This document shows positions 23,229 to 33,982 of a DNA stretch of 64,000 bases, piece after piece. The notes below the pieces were generated by a model that ran no database searches, was not told the DNA's origin, and saw only the letters and a program-made list of their open reading frames with translations. The number at the start of each line of letters is the position of its first letter. Positions within the stretch are counted from its first letter, which is position 1. The DNA lies in contig CANGIU010000003.1 in assembly GCA_947454255.1 (NCBI GenBank), forward strand, positions 27,845-91,844. Direction: 5' to 3'. This stretch comes from Micrococcales bacterium. GTDB taxonomy: Bacteria > Actinomycetota > Actinomycetes > Actinomycetales > Microbacteriaceae. A program made the translations under genes and the position numbers.

Positions 23229-24334
23229 TACTTCGCAGCCTCAAGTGCAGCAGCGACAGAAGCCACTAGTTCATTCCAAGAAACAATAAACTTTTCAACA
23301 CCTTCAGTTTCCAAAAGCTCGGTCACCTGGTCGTAGCTAATACCTAAAGCTTCGATAGCTGCTAAAGCTCCGCGAGATTCTGAGTAATGAGCCTGAATAC
23401 TATTAGTAGGTACGACGCCGTGATCAAAAACTGCTTCCATAGTCTTTTCTGGCATTGTGTTTACCAACTCTGGTGCGACTAGCTCAGTTACATAAAGCGT
23501 GTCACTCAATGCAGGGTCCTTGACCCCTGTCGAGGCCATCAAAGGACGCTGTCTGTTAGCTCCAGAAGTTTCCAGTTCTGCCCATTCAGCAGTTGCAAAC
23601 TCTTGTTCAAACACTTCATAGGCAAGACGAGCATTAGCAAGTGCGGCTTTACTCTTCAATGCAGTTGCCTCAGGTGTTCCTATTTCGACCAAACGCTTGT
23701 CAATCTCAGTGTCGACGCGAGAGACAAAGAATGAAGCAACGGAGTGAATCTTGCTTAGGTCATGCCCATTTGACTTGGCTAGTGCAATACCTGCCTGATA
23801 GGCAGCAATTACTTCACGATAGCGCTGCAACGAGAAAATCAAAGTCACGTTAACACTGATTCCGTTTGCGATGACTTCTGTTATTGCAGCAAGGCCCGCT
23901 TTAGTTGCAGGAATTTTGATCATTACGTTTTCACGGTTGACTTTAGCGAAGAGTTCTTTTGCTTGAACAACTGTTTGAGCTGTGTTATTCGCAAGGCCTG
24001 GCTCAACTTCGATTGATACTCGTCCATCAAAGCCATGGCTTTTTGCATAAACAGTCGCGAACACGTCACAGGCATCGGCAACATCTTTGGTAGTGATTTC
24101 AAAAATTGCTTCAGCGGCAGTTGCGCCAGCGTGTGCCAACTCAGTTACTTGTTCAGCGTAGCCCTCGCCTTTACCAATGGAACCCGCAAAGATAGTTGGG
24201 TTAGTGGTAACTCCGGACACACTTCTTGAATCAATTAGCGCAGCGAGTGCACCTGATTGAATGCGGGTTCTTGAAAGGTCATCGAGCCAAATGCTCACAC
24301 CGTTAGCAGCCAGTTGTTCAAGTGGGGTAGTCAT
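23228..24334 (-). CDS. tal: Transaldolase (long actinobacterial type)
   Basis: 368 aa. The [10 protein letters not shown]-terminus, GVTTNPTIF and IKIPAT (Schiff-base Lys context) are present. 1-nt overlap with pgi. Confidence 0.93.
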   Translation of the reverse strand: MTTPLEQLAANGVSIWLDDLSRTRIQSGALAALIDSRSVSGVTTNPTIFAGSIGKGEGYAEQVTELAHAGATAAEAIFEITTKDVADACDVFATVYAKSHGFDGRVSIEVEPGLANNTAQTVVQAKELFAKVNRENVMIKIPATKAGLAAITEVIANGISVNVTLIFSLQRYREVIAAYQAGIALAKSNGHDLSKIHSVASFFVSRVDTEIDKRLVEIGTPEATALKSKAALANARLAYEVFEQEFATAEWAELETSGANRQRPLMASTGVKDPALSDTLYVTELVAPELVNTMPEKTMEAVFDHGVVPTNSIQAHYSESRGALAAIEALGISYDQVTELLETEGVEKFIVSWNELVASVAAALEAAK

Positions 24335-24347
24335 TTACTTTCCTTTG

Positions 24348-26438
24348 TTAGTTCTTCAAAGATTTTTGAGCAGCTAAAACAACTGCTTCTATTGTTATGC
24401 CAAATTCTCTAAACAGAGTTTTGTAGTCTGCTGATGCACCAAAGTGTTCGATTGAGACACTCTCACCCTTGCCACCGACATATTTCTGCCAGCCCAGAGA
24501 AAGTCCTGCTTCAACAGATACTCGTGCAGTAACAGCCTTTGGTAATACCGCTTCTTGATAATCCTTCGATTGCTCTTCAAACCATTCAAGGCAAGGAGCG
24601 GAGACGACACGGGTAGCTATGCCTTTAGCTTCAAGTTCAACCCTTGCGTTTACGGCAAGCTGCACCTCAGATCCAGATGCAATAAGGATCAATTCTGGCT
24701 TGCCGTTAGCAGCATCAACTAGAACGTATGCGCCTTTGCTGGTGTGCTCAGCTGAAGCATAGACAGCACCGGTTTCATCTGCTTCACCACGCTTGAACAC
24801 TGGAATGTTTTGACGAGTCAGCGCAATTCCAGCTGGGCCTTCGCGACGCTCAAGCATTGTCTTCCAAGCTTGTGCGACTTCATTTGCGTCTCCTGGGCGA
24901 ACAACATCAAGTCCTGGTAATGCTCTCAACGTCGCCAACTGTTCAATCGGCTGATGAGTAGGACCGTCTTCACCTAGAGCCACGCTGTCATGAGTCCAAA
25001 CGAATATTGATGGCACCTTCATTAGCGCTGCCAATCTGACTGCTGGCCGCATGTAGTCGCTGAAGATAAGGAATGTGCCACCGAATGCGCGAGTCTTGCC
25101 GTGCAAAACAATTCCGTTAAGAATTGATGCCATAGCGTGCTCTCTAATACCGAAGTGCAGGACTCGACCATATTGGTCACCTGACCATTCATGGGTTGAC
25201 CACTTTGCAGGTACGAAAGATTTCGCTCCTTCGATGGTCGTGTTGTTTGATTCAGCAAGATCTGCAGATCCACCCCATAGCTCAGGCATTACCTTTGCTA
25301 TGGCGTTGATTACTTTTCCGCTCGCCGAACGTGTCGAAACTTCTGTTCCAGATTCGAACACTGGTAGCGATGATGAAAGCTCAAGGGGAGTAGACCCTGA
25401 TTGAACCCGATCAAAAAGAGTTGTGTGCTCAGGATTATTTGCAGCCCAAGCATCAAACTTGGATTGCCACTGAGCTCTCGCAACGCTTGCTCGAGTTGCT
25501 GCATTGTTTCGGGTGTGCTCGATTACCTCAGTAGAAACTTCGAATGTCTTCTCTGGATCAAAGCCTAAGGCTGTCTTTAGGCCAGCTAGTTCTTCCGCTC
25601 CAAGCGCTGACCCGTGGATCTTGCCGGTGTTTTGCTTCTTAGGTGATGGCCATCCAATGATGGTTCGCAAGGTGATCAAAGACGGCTTGTCTGTTACAGC
25701 TTTAGCTTTTTCGATAGCTGCGTATAGTTCAGCTATGTCTTCGTGGTAGTTGCCAGTTTTCTTCCAGTCAACGGTTTGAGTATGCCAACCGTAAGAATCG
25801 TAACGAGCTGAGAGGTTCTCTGTGAATGCGATATTGGTGTCGTCTTCAATAGAAATCTGGTTGGAGTCGTAAATAACAACTAGATTGCCTAGCTGTTGGT
25901 GTCCAGCAAGTGAAGCAGCTTCGCTGGTGACACCTTCTTGCATGTCTCCATCACCTGCAATGACGAAGATGTGGTGATCGAAAGCACTCTGACCTTGCGG
26001 AGTTTCTGGATCAAACAGCCCACGCTCGTATCTTGCAGCGTAAGCAAAGCCTGTTGCAGATGCCAATCCCTGACCGAGTGGACCGGTAGTAATTTCAACA
26101 CCTTTAGTGTGACCGTATTCAGGATGGCCTGGGGTAAGTGACCCCCAAGTTCTAAGAGCTTTTAGGTCATCTAATTCAAGACCAAATCCTGCTAGGTACA
26201 ACTGGTTGTATAGGGTAAGCGATGAGTGCCCAACACTGAGAATGAAACGGTCGCGACCAACCCAATGCTCATCCTTAGGGTCGTGATTCATGACCTTCTG
26301 AAATAGGAGATATGCAACAGGAGCTAGCGAAATAGCTGTACCAGGGTGGCCGTTACCGACCTTTTCAACTGCATCTGCAGCCAGAACTCTCGCAGTATCT
26401 ACTGCTCTCGAATCAACTTCGTCCCAAATTAGTGACAA
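24348..26438 (-). CDS. tkt: Transketolase
   Basis: 696 aa. GHPG and GDGDMQEG thiamine-diphosphate motifs, plus THDSVALGEDGPTHQPIE. Confidence 0.97.
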   Translation of the reverse strand: MSLIWDEVDSRAVDTARVLAADAVEKVGNGHPGTAISLAPVAYLLFQKVMNHDPKDEHWVGRDRFILSVGHSSLTLYNQLYLAGFGLELDDLKALRTWGSLTPGHPEYGHTKGVEITTGPLGQGLASATGFAYAARYERGLFDPETPQGQSAFDHHIFVIAGDGDMQEGVTSEAASLAGHQQLGNLVVIYDSNQISIEDDTNIAFTENLSARYDSYGWHTQTVDWKKTGNYHEDIAELYAAIEKAKAVTDKPSLITLRTIIGWPSPKKQNTGKIHGSALGAEELAGLKTALGFDPEKTFEVSTEVIEHTRNNAATRASVARAQWQSKFDAWAANNPEHTTLFDRVQSGSTPLELSSSLPVFESGTEVSTRSASGKVINAIAKVMPELWGGSADLAESNNTTIEGAKSFVPAKWSTHEWSGDQYGRVLHFGIREHAMASILNGIVLHGKTRAFGGTFLIFSDYMRPAVRLAALMKVPSIFVWTHDSVALGEDGPTHQPIEQLATLRALPGLDVVRPGDANEVAQAWKTMLERREGPAGIALTRQNIPVFKRGEADETGAVYASAEHTSKGAYVLVDAANGKPELILIASGSEVQLAVNARVELEAKGIATRVVSAPCLEWFEEQSKDYQEAVLPKAVTARVSVEAGLSLGWQKYVGGKGESVSIEHFGASADYKTLFREFGITIEAVVLAAQKSLKN

Positions 26439-26524
26439 TGGACTTTCTCCTTATCGATGTGCAAACCCAAACACAGCTCTGCTTCATCGCCCTGTGCATT
26501 TTGCTCTAGAAATAGCCAGAAATA

Positions 26525-27559
26525 ATGATTTCTGGACTCGAAATGGTGCCTTTGAAGTCTATACCCGATAGGACATTTGATTACGGACATGTAACGGTTG
26601 GTGGTTCTTGGCTTAGACTTGAGGGGATGAATCCCCAGACAAAAGCCCCAGATAAAGCCCTGCCGAGGGTTACCGGCTTTACCTTGGCTAAGGCATATTT
26701 GGCTCTAACCAAGCCTCGGGTTATCGAATTATTGCTGATCACAACCGTCCCAGTCATGATTTTGGCCCAAAAGGGGCTGCCTAGCCTTTGGCTGGTCCTG
26801 GCAACCCTAGTTGGTGGGGCTATGAGTGCCGGCTCCGCAAATGCGTTTAACTGCATAATCGACGCCGATATAGACAAAATCATGGGAAGAACCAAAAACA
26901 GGCCATTGGTCACCGGATTGCTGACTCTAGGTCAGGCAAAGGTTTTTGCTTCGCTTCTGGGCGTTTTATCTGTTCTTTGGCTGGGTCTCTTGGTCAATCC
27001 GCTTAGCGCGTGCCTTGCCCTTAGCGCAGAGCTGTTCTATATCTTCATCTACACCCTGCTACTAAAGCGCAGAACCTCACAAAACATCGTCTGGGGAGGG
27101 GCAGCTGGGGCCATGCCTGTCTTAATCGGCTTCAGCGCCGTGACAAACACTCTTACTTGGTCGGCAGCTGTGCTATTTCTGATTATCTTTTTATGGACAC
27201 CACCGCACTATTGGCCACTTTCAGTCAAATATAAGGACGACTACCAGGCAGCCGGTGTCCCAATGCTTCCGGTTGTTGCCAACCCAAACAGAGTCGCTCT
27301 TGAAATCGTGCTCTATAGCTATGCGATGGTACTAAGCACATTCCTTTTGATACCTATTCACCCGATGGGATTGGTATACACAGCGGCTGCAGTTTTTGGT
27401 GGCATTTGGTTCATCTTCGAAGCTCATCTACTGCAAAAGAGAACTAGTGCTGATCAAGAAAACAATCCAATGAGGCTTTTTCACATCTCGATTACTTATT
27501 TGACCGTGTTGTTTATCGCGGTTGGCTTAGACCCTCTTCTAAACATTAAGTTTTTCTAA
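26525..27559 (+). CDS. ctaB: Protoheme IX farnesyltransferase (heme O synthase)
   Basis: UbiA-family motifs [11 protein letters not shown] and [19 protein letters not shown] with multiple TM helices. The true start may be internal (ATG 26627, MNPQTK...). Confidence 0.9.
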   Translation: MISGLEMVPLKSIPDRTFDYGHVTVGGSWLRLEGMNPQTKAPDKALPRVTGFTLAKAYLALTKPRVIELLLITTVPVMILAQKGLPSLWLVLATLVGGAMSAGSANAFNCIIDADIDKIMGRTKNRPLVTGLLTLGQAKVFASLLGVLSVLWLGLLVNPLSACLALSAELFYIFIYTLLLKRRTSQNIVWGGAAGAMPVLIGFSAVTNTLTWSAAVLFLIIFLWTPPHYWPLSVKYKDDYQAAGVPMLPVVANPNRVALEIVLYSYAMVLSTFLLIPIHPMGLVYTAAAVFGGIWFIFEAHLLQKRTSADQENNPMRLFHISITYLTVLFIAVGLDPLLNIKFF

Positions 27560-28923
27560 GAAATATTCTTTAGCTCTTCTAGTCTTGCTAGGGCTTCATT
27601 TCTTTCTTCTGCGTGATCAACAATTGGTGCAGGATATGCAAAGTCATAGCCTGAGAAAACATTCCATGGCTCATGAACATCTTCTCCGTCTAAGTGTCTA
27701 AGTTCTGAGACATACTTGCGAACATAGTCTCCATTTGGATCAAACTTCAGGCCCTGCATAACCGGATTAAAAATTCTGTAATAGGGAGAGGCGTCAGTTC
27801 CACATCCTGCAGTCCACTGCCAGCCATGGGCATTTGAGGCTGGATCAAAATCACTGAGGTGTTTCTCAAAGTGCGCTGCACCTAAAGTCCATTCGAGATG
27901 TAGGTCTTTTACTAAGAATGAGGCAACAATCATTCGAACCCGATTGTGCATCCAACCTTCAGCAAGCAACTGCCTCATTCCTGCATCAACCATCGGGTAT
28001 CCAGTTTTACCTTCGCACCAAGCTTTGAAACGCTCTTGTGCCTCAGAACCCTCGTCATAACGAAGTTTTTTGAATCTAGGTTCGTAGTAATCAGTTAGCG
28101 TGTGCGGGTAGTGGTGGAGGACATCTGCATAAAATTCACGCCAGGCGATCTCTTTACGAAACACGAACGATCCCTCATCATTACCGAGTTCCGCAAGCAA
28201 GGATCTAGGGTGAATCTCACCGTGGGCTAAGGCATGGGAGAGATGGGAAGTGCCGCTTAGGTCAGCCCTATTCCGGTCTTCGCTGTATTTTCTTACAGCG
28301 CGCTTTTTGAATCGCTCAAACGTTCTAAGAGCAAACGCTTCGCCAGCAATTACCCTGATAGGAGAAGCTTTGCTAGGCAACGGGATTGCCGAGCTCCCAG
28401 GCAAAGAGAGCCAAGAAACATTGTCCGTTTCAACTTTGATAGGGGCGTTATCAGCTAACTGATCCCAAGATTTGAAGAACGGAGTGTAGACACGATAGTT
28501 AGTTCCATCAGGTTTCCTGACCGTGCCCGGTTCGACTGCATAGCCCGAGCCAATCAGTTTGAGCTCGAAACCCTTTGAAACTAACGCCTTAGCGACAGAA
28601 TTTTGCTCAAGCACTCCTTGCGGATCAAATCTTTTCATAGCAAAGACTTTTGAAGCCCCAGCGGCTAGACAGATTTCGGATAGCTTTTCAATGAACTCTG
28701 AGAGTTCCTCAAATTCAACTATGTTCAAGACATTTGCCAAGGATTGCCTTAGCGAATTAAGTGATTCTGTCAGACTGTGCTGACGGATACCTTCGAGTGC
28801 TGAGTATTCATTGGTATCAAATGCAAACAGAGGATACACCTCAGGGGAGGTGTCTAGCGCTGCAGCTAAAGCCTCGTTGTCCTGAATACGAAGATCTTTG
28901 CGGAACCAGAAAACAACGCTCAT
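27556..28923 (-). CDS. phr: Deoxyribodipyrimidine photolyase / cryptochrome-family flavoprotein
   Basis: [16 protein letters not shown]-terminus and the FAD-domain motif [29 protein letters not shown]. 455 aa. ATGA overlap with the upstream ctaA. Confidence 0.9.
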   Translation of the reverse strand: MSVVFWFRKDLRIQDNEALAAALDTSPEVYPLFAFDTNEYSALEGIRQHSLTESLNSLRQSLANVLNIVEFEELSEFIEKLSEICLAAGASKVFAMKRFDPQGVLEQNSVAKALVSKGFELKLIGSGYAVEPGTVRKPDGTNYRVYTPFFKSWDQLADNAPIKVETDNVSWLSLPGSSAIPLPSKASPIRVIAGEAFALRTFERFKKRAVRKYSEDRNRADLSGTSHLSHALAHGEIHPRSLLAELGNDEGSFVFRKEIAWREFYADVLHHYPHTLTDYYEPRFKKLRYDEGSEAQERFKAWCEGKTGYPMVDAGMRQLLAEGWMHNRVRMIVASFLVKDLHLEWTLGAAHFEKHLSDFDPASNAHGWQWTAGCGTDASPYYRIFNPVMQGLKFDPNGDYVRKYVSELRHLDGEDVHEPWNVFSGYDFAYPAPIVDHAEERNEALARLEELKNIS

Positions 28924-29828
28924 TTCTTATGAAGCAGGTTTCTAGTAATGAGGAGTTGAAAAGTTAGCATGCTAGCTAAAAGTGATGCTCCAAACATGTG
29001 AAGCGCTACAAGCCCTAGTGGTAATCCAATGCGTGCCTGCAGAATTCCAACACCGGCTTGAAGAGCAAGAACGCCAAGAAAAACAAGGCTCATCACTTTT
29101 GCAAATTTTGGAGTGCCGTTAGATCTGAGATACAGCACAGTTTGTAAAAGAACAAGAGCGATAAGGAGATAGGCGGGGTAACTATGGATGTGAACAAGAA
29201 ATTCTGAATTCAAGCCGTTTCTAGGAGTGTCACTATCGCCAGCATGAGGCCCCGAACCTGTCACTATTACCCCAACTATGACTGCCACTAATCCGATCGG
29301 AAAAATTACCAAAGACATTAGCTTTGAGAATTTTGTGGATTCAAAACTCCATTCCCCGTAAAAACGCCAGACAAGCACAGTAGCTATCCCGATCAAAACA
29401 CCTGAAACTAAAAAGTGAGCACCCACTATCCAAGAATTCAAGCCTGTAAGAACTGTGATGCCGCCAAGAACAGCTTGAGCAACGATTCCCAAACCAAGTG
29501 CGAAAGCTGGCCAAACTAGACCAGTTCGCTCTGACTTGGAGAGTCTGAGTACTGTCAAATAGGTCAAGATAGCAACAATCAGGAGCACGAAGGTCAATAA
29601 ACGGTTAGCAAATTCAATGACACCGTGGAAACCAAGCGCAGGAACGGTTGTGTATGAACCTGATTCACATTCTGGCCAGGTCGGACAGCCCAGACCCGAG
29701 CCAGTGAGTCGAACAGCACCGCCGGTAACAACGATTAGGATTTGGCTGATCAGGGATGCCCAAACATAAAGTCTTAGACGCTCTGCTCCTAGAACGGAAT
29801 TCAACAAAAACAGGACCTCTCTGGGCAT
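28920..29828 (-). CDS. ctaA: Heme A synthase (COX15/CtaA family)
   Basis: Polytopic membrane protein with the GSGLGCPTWPEC motif and conserved His-containing helices. Its neighbourhood with ctaB matches other actinobacteria. Confidence 0.85.
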   Translation of the reverse strand: MPREVLFLLNSVLGAERLRLYVWASLISQILIVVTGGAVRLTGSGLGCPTWPECESGSYTTVPALGFHGVIEFANRLLTFVLLIVAILTYLTVLRLSKSERTGLVWPAFALGLGIVAQAVLGGITVLTGLNSWIVGAHFLVSGVLIGIATVLVWRFYGEWSFESTKFSKLMSLVIFPIGLVAVIVGVIVTGSGPHAGDSDTPRNGLNSEFLVHIHSYPAYLLIALVLLQTVLYLRSNGTPKFAKVMSLVFLGVLALQAGVGILQARIGLPLGLVALHMFGASLLASMLTFQLLITRNLLHKK

Positions 29829-29979
29829 TTCGGGGGTTACACATTGGGTAACGTTTAGATAAACTTAGACTACTCGCGATGCTAGAAATCACTTAACTGG
29901 CACTCAGATTTTCAGTAATTTATTGAGAAAAACTCTCTACTTAACTGTTTGTTCGTGAACCTATGAAAGAGGCTATATC

Positions 29980-31398
29980 TTGACTGACGCTGCAGTTTCA
30001 CACCCAGAACTAGAAGGCCTTGGCGTCTATGAGTTCGGCTGGTCAGACCAAGATGATGCTGGCGCTAGTGCTAGAAGAGGTATCAACGAAGAGGTTGTCA
30101 GTGACATCTCCGGCAAGAAGAGCGAACCTCAGTGGATGCTTGATCTTCGGTTGAAGGGTTTCTCCTATTTCCTGAAGAAGCCAATGCCAACCTGGGGAAG
30201 TGACCTAAGCGGAATCGATTTTGACAACATCAAGTACTTTGTTCGTTCAACTGAAAAGCAGGCAAGTACCTGGGACGACCTTCCAGCAGATATCAAGAAC
30301 ACCTATGAGAAACTCGGTATTCCTGAAGCTGAGAGACAGCGACTGGTTTCTGGAGTAGCTGCTCAATACGAGTCTGAAGTTGTTTACCACCAGATCAATG
30401 AGGAGTTAGAGAAGCAGGGAGTCATCTTCCTAGATACCGATACTGCTTTGAAGGAACACCCAGAGCTATTCCAAGAATATTTCGGAACTGTTATTCCTGC
30501 CGGCGATAACAAGTTTGCATCCCTAAACACAGCTGTTTGGTCAGGTGGGTCATTTGTTTATGTGCCTAAGGGTGTCCACGTAGAGATTCCATTGCAGGCA
30601 TATTTCAGAATTAACACTGAGAACATGGGGCAGTTCGAAAGAACCTTGATAATTGCAGATGAGGGTTCGTACGTTCACTACATCGAAGGATGTACTGCGC
30701 CTATTTACAAGAGTGATTCTCTTCACTCTGCAGTTGTTGAAATCATAGTTAAGAAGAATGCTCGCGTTCGATACACGACCATTCAGAACTGGTCTAACAA
30801 CGTATACAACTTAGTGACCAAGCGAGCGATTGCTCACGAAGGTGCAACCATGGAATGGATCGATGGCAATATCGGTTCAAAAGTAACCATGAAATATCCA
30901 GCAGTAATCCTTGCTGGTGAACATGCTAGGGGAGAAACCCTTTCCGTTGCTTTCGCTGGTGAAGGTCAGCACCAGGATGCTGGTGCAAAAATGATTCACT
31001 TAGCCCCATACACTTCTTCTTCGATTGTCTCTAAATCGATTGCTCGCGGAGGCGGAAGAACTTCATACCGAGGTGAAATCAGAGTAAACCCAGGTGCCCA
31101 CCACTCTGCAAACACAGTTCGCTGTGATGCTTTGCTTATCGACACAATTTCTCGAAGCGACACCTACCCAGCTGTTGATGTTCGTGAAGATGATGTCACA
31201 ATGGGTCACGAAGCAACTGTTTCTCGAGTGAGTGATGAGCAGTTGTTCTACTTGCAATCCAGAGGTCTTGCGGAAGATGAGGCTATGGCGATGATTGTGC
31301 GTGGGTTCATTGAGCCAATAGCAAAAGAATTGCCAATGGAATATGCGTTGGAGCTAAATAAGCTAATTGAAATGCAAATGGAAGGCGCTGTAGGTTAA
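29980..31398 (+). CDS. sufB: Fe-S cluster assembly protein SufB
   Basis: 472 aa. Typical SufB core ([20 protein letters not shown]...HYIEGCTAP...[14 protein letters not shown]). TTG start with an AAGAGG Shine-Dalgarno. Confidence 0.95.
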   Translation: MTDAAVSHPELEGLGVYEFGWSDQDDAGASARRGINEEVVSDISGKKSEPQWMLDLRLKGFSYFLKKPMPTWGSDLSGIDFDNIKYFVRSTEKQASTWDDLPADIKNTYEKLGIPEAERQRLVSGVAAQYESEVVYHQINEELEKQGVIFLDTDTALKEHPELFQEYFGTVIPAGDNKFASLNTAVWSGGSFVYVPKGVHVEIPLQAYFRINTENMGQFERTLIIADEGSYVHYIEGCTAPIYKSDSLHSAVVEIIVKKNARVRYTTIQNWSNNVYNLVTKRAIAHEGATMEWIDGNIGSKVTMKYPAVILAGEHARGETLSVAFAGEGQHQDAGAKMIHLAPYTSSSIVSKSIARGGGRTSYRGEIRVNPGAHHSANTVRCDALLIDTISRSDTYPAVDVREDDVTMGHEATVSRVSDEQLFYLQSRGLAEDEAMAMIVRGFIEPIAKELPMEYALELNKLIEMQMEGAVG

Positions 31399-32558
31399 TG
31401 GGCGCTCCCGTTCAACATGGATTAACTGAGCACAGCCACGGCGCTGGTGTTCCTCTGCAGATTAGAAGTGACCGGCTTCGCTCAAGTTCTGTGGCCGATT
31501 TCCCTGAAATCACCAAGCAACAAGACTTGTGGCGCTATCTGGATGCCGATCAGCTAAAGGGTTTGGATGCTGATGTATTGGCTGAGTACTCTGAGCAGGT
31601 AAGTTTTTCTGGTCCTGCCGGTGTTGATTTCGAGTGGATTCTAAGTTCAGCTGCACCAGTTGGCTCAATCGGATTGCCTGAAGACCGTGTTAGTGCAGCT
31701 GGATACACCAACGCAAGCAAGACTCTCTTGGTAAAGATTGCTGACGAACTCAACAGCAGCGAAGAAATCAAGATTTCTGTTCATGGAGATTCCACTTCCG
31801 CCTCAGCTCTACACGTCTTCATTTCAGCAGGCAAGTTCAGCAACACAACCTTGATAATCGAACACACCGGACTGGGTGTGTTGAGTGAGAATGTTGAGAT
31901 TGCTGTTGCTGCCGAGGCAAAGCTCAACCTGGTTACACTTCAAAACTGGGATAAAGGTTCCGCTCACGTCTCAGCTCACTTCGCAAAGCTTGAAAGAAAC
32001 TCTTACTTGAAGCACACGGTCGCTTCATTTGGAGGAGACCTTGTTCGAGTAACTCCTATCGCCACATTCTCAGGTCCCGGCGCAGAAGTAGAACTTAACG
32101 GTGTTTACTTTGCTGAAGCAGGGCAGCATTTGGAGAATCGCCCATTCGTAGATCACGCTGCACCTAACTGCAAGTCGAGAGTGACCTATAAGGGTGCTCT
32201 TCAAGGTGAGAAGGCTCACACAGTTTGGATTGGTGATGTTCTGATTCGAGCAATTGCCGAAGGAACTGACACATACGAACTCAATCGAAACCTTTTGCTA
32301 ACCGATGGCACACGTGCTGACTCGGTTCCAAACCTTGAAATTGAAACAGGTGAGATCGAAGGAGCAGGGCACGCAAGCGCTTCAGGTCGATTTGACGATG
32401 AGCACCTTTTCTACCTGCAGGCTAGAGGAATTACTCCAGATGAAGCTAGACGATTAGTTGTTCTAGGTTTCTTAGTTGAAGTAATCCAAAAAACAGGAAT
32501 ACCAACTCTTGTCGATTCACTAACTTCATTGCTCGAAGAGAAACTGAACAGGAACTAA
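31398..32558 (+). CDS. sufD: Fe-S cluster assembly protein SufD
   Basis: SufB/SufD-family beta-helix C-terminus (ELNRNLLLTD...FYLQARGI). TAATG coupling to sufB. Confidence 0.9.
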   Translation: MGAPVQHGLTEHSHGAGVPLQIRSDRLRSSSVADFPEITKQQDLWRYLDADQLKGLDADVLAEYSEQVSFSGPAGVDFEWILSSAAPVGSIGLPEDRVSAAGYTNASKTLLVKIADELNSSEEIKISVHGDSTSASALHVFISAGKFSNTTLIIEHTGLGVLSENVEIAVAAEAKLNLVTLQNWDKGSAHVSAHFAKLERNSYLKHTVASFGGDLVRVTPIATFSGPGAEVELNGVYFAEAGQHLENRPFVDHAAPNCKSRVTYKGALQGEKAHTVWIGDVLIRAIAEGTDTYELNRNLLLTDGTRADSVPNLEIETGEIEGAGHASASGRFDDEHLFYLQARGITPDEARRLVVLGFLVEVIQKTGIPTLVDSLTSLLEEKLNRN

Positions 32559-32561
32559 GAA

Positions 32562-32876
32562 ATGGCACTCAGAATTTGTAATGTCAGTGACATAAAGCCT
32601 GGTCGCGCAATACGTGTGAAGATCGGAGATCACGCATTAGCCATCATCCACAGCCCAAATGGTGAGATCCACGCTATGGACGACAAGTGTTCGCATGGTG
32701 AGATTTCTCTAAGCGAAGGTTTTGTTGATAACGAAACTATCGAATGTTGGGCACATGGTGCAAAGTTTTCTCTAGAGTCAGGTGCACCGCTTTCGCTTCC
32801 TGCATATGAACCTGTCAAGGTTTATGAGGTTCTAGTAGAGAACGACGAAGTTTTTATTGAATACGATCAGGCCTAG
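32562..32876 (+). CDS. Rieske [2Fe-2S] ferredoxin-like protein of the suf operon
   Basis: CSHGE (CxH) and CWAHG (CxxH) Rieske ligand boxes. 104 aa, between sufD and sufC as in many actinobacteria. Confidence 0.85.
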   Translation: MALRICNVSDIKPGRAIRVKIGDHALAIIHSPNGEIHAMDDKCSHGEISLSEGFVDNETIECWAHGAKFSLESGAPLSLPAYEPVKVYEVLVENDEVFIEYDQA

Positions 32877-32894
32877 GCCACAAGGAAAGAGAAC

Positions 32895-33647
32895 ATGTCC
32901 ATTCTTCAAGTAAAGAACCTCCACGTTTCAGTTGATACCGACCAGGGTGCAAAGGAAATCCTTAGAGGAGTTGATCTGACCATCCGCAGCGGGGAGATCC
33001 ATGCAGTGATGGGGCCAAATGGTTCGGGTAAGTCAACCTTGGCTTATTCAATTGCTGGACACCCTAAATACACCGTCACCGATGGAGAAATCCTTTTGGA
33101 TGGAGAAAACGTTCTCGAGATGAGTGTCGATGAGAGAGCTCGAGCAGGACTGTTCCTAGCGATGCAGTATCCGGTTGAGATCCCAGGTGTTTCAGTTTCT
33201 AACTTCCTTAGAACTGCGAAGACAGCAGTCACCGGGGAAGCTCCAGCACTTAGAACCTGGATCAAGGATGTTCGAGAGGCTATGGACAATCTAAAGATCG
33301 ATTCGACCTTCTCGGAAAGAAATGTTAACGAAGGTTTCTCCGGAGGAGAGAAGAAGCGCCACGAAATCTTGCAGCTTGAACTTCTAAAGCCGCGCTTTGC
33401 CATCCTGGACGAGACTGACTCTGGCTTGGATGTTGATGCACTGAAGATTGTTTCTGAGGGCGTAAACCGCGCTCACGCAGCCTCTGACCTCGGTGTGCTG
33501 CTGATTACTCACTACACCCGCATCCTTCGATACATCAAACCAGATTTTGTGCACGTGTTTGTGGCTGGAAAAATAGCTGAAGAAGGTGGCCCAGAACTTG
33601 CTGACCGTCTAGAAGCTGAAGGTTACGACCGTTACGTGAAGGCTTAG
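32895..33647 (+). CDS. sufC: Fe-S cluster assembly ATPase SufC
   Basis: Walker A GPNGSGKST, signature FSGGEKKR and Walker B FAILDETDSGLD. Confidence 0.95.
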   Translation: MSILQVKNLHVSVDTDQGAKEILRGVDLTIRSGEIHAVMGPNGSGKSTLAYSIAGHPKYTVTDGEILLDGENVLEMSVDERARAGLFLAMQYPVEIPGVSVSNFLRTAKTAVTGEAPALRTWIKDVREAMDNLKIDSTFSERNVNEGFSGGEKKRHEILQLELLKPRFAILDETDSGLDVDALKIVSEGVNRAHAASDLGVLLITHYTRILRYIKPDFVHVFVAGKIAEEGGPELADRLEAEGYDRYVKA

Positions 33648-33650
33648 TAG

Positions 33651-33980
33651 TTGACCGAGATAGATCTAACCCCAGAAAGATACGATCAAGTCCTTGAGGC
33701 AATCAAGGAAGTAATCGACCCTGAAATTGGTGTCAACATAGTTGACCTTGGCTTGATTTACGATCTAAAGCTCTCTGAAGATCAGTCGCTCCTGATCCAC
33801 ATGACATTAACCTCAGCGGGTTGCCCACTGACCGATGTCATTGAAGAGCAAATGGGTCAGGCACTAGATGGTGTTGTTGAAGCATTCAGAATTAACTGGG
33901 TTTGGATGCCGCCATGGGGTCCAGAGAAAATTACTGACGACGGCAAAGAACAAATGCGAGCAATAGGTTTCGCTATTTAG
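33651..33980 (+). CDS. sufT: DUF59/SufT-type Fe-S assembly factor
   Basis: 109 aa. DPEIGVNIVDLGLIYD and TSAGCP motifs typical of the MIP18/DUF59 family. TTG start 3 nt after sufC. Confidence 0.8.
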   Translation: MTEIDLTPERYDQVLEAIKEVIDPEIGVNIVDLGLIYDLKLSEDQSLLIHMTLTSAGCPLTDVIEEQMGQALDGVVEAFRINWVWMPPWGPEKITDDGKEQMRAIGFAI

Positions 33981-33982
33981 CT

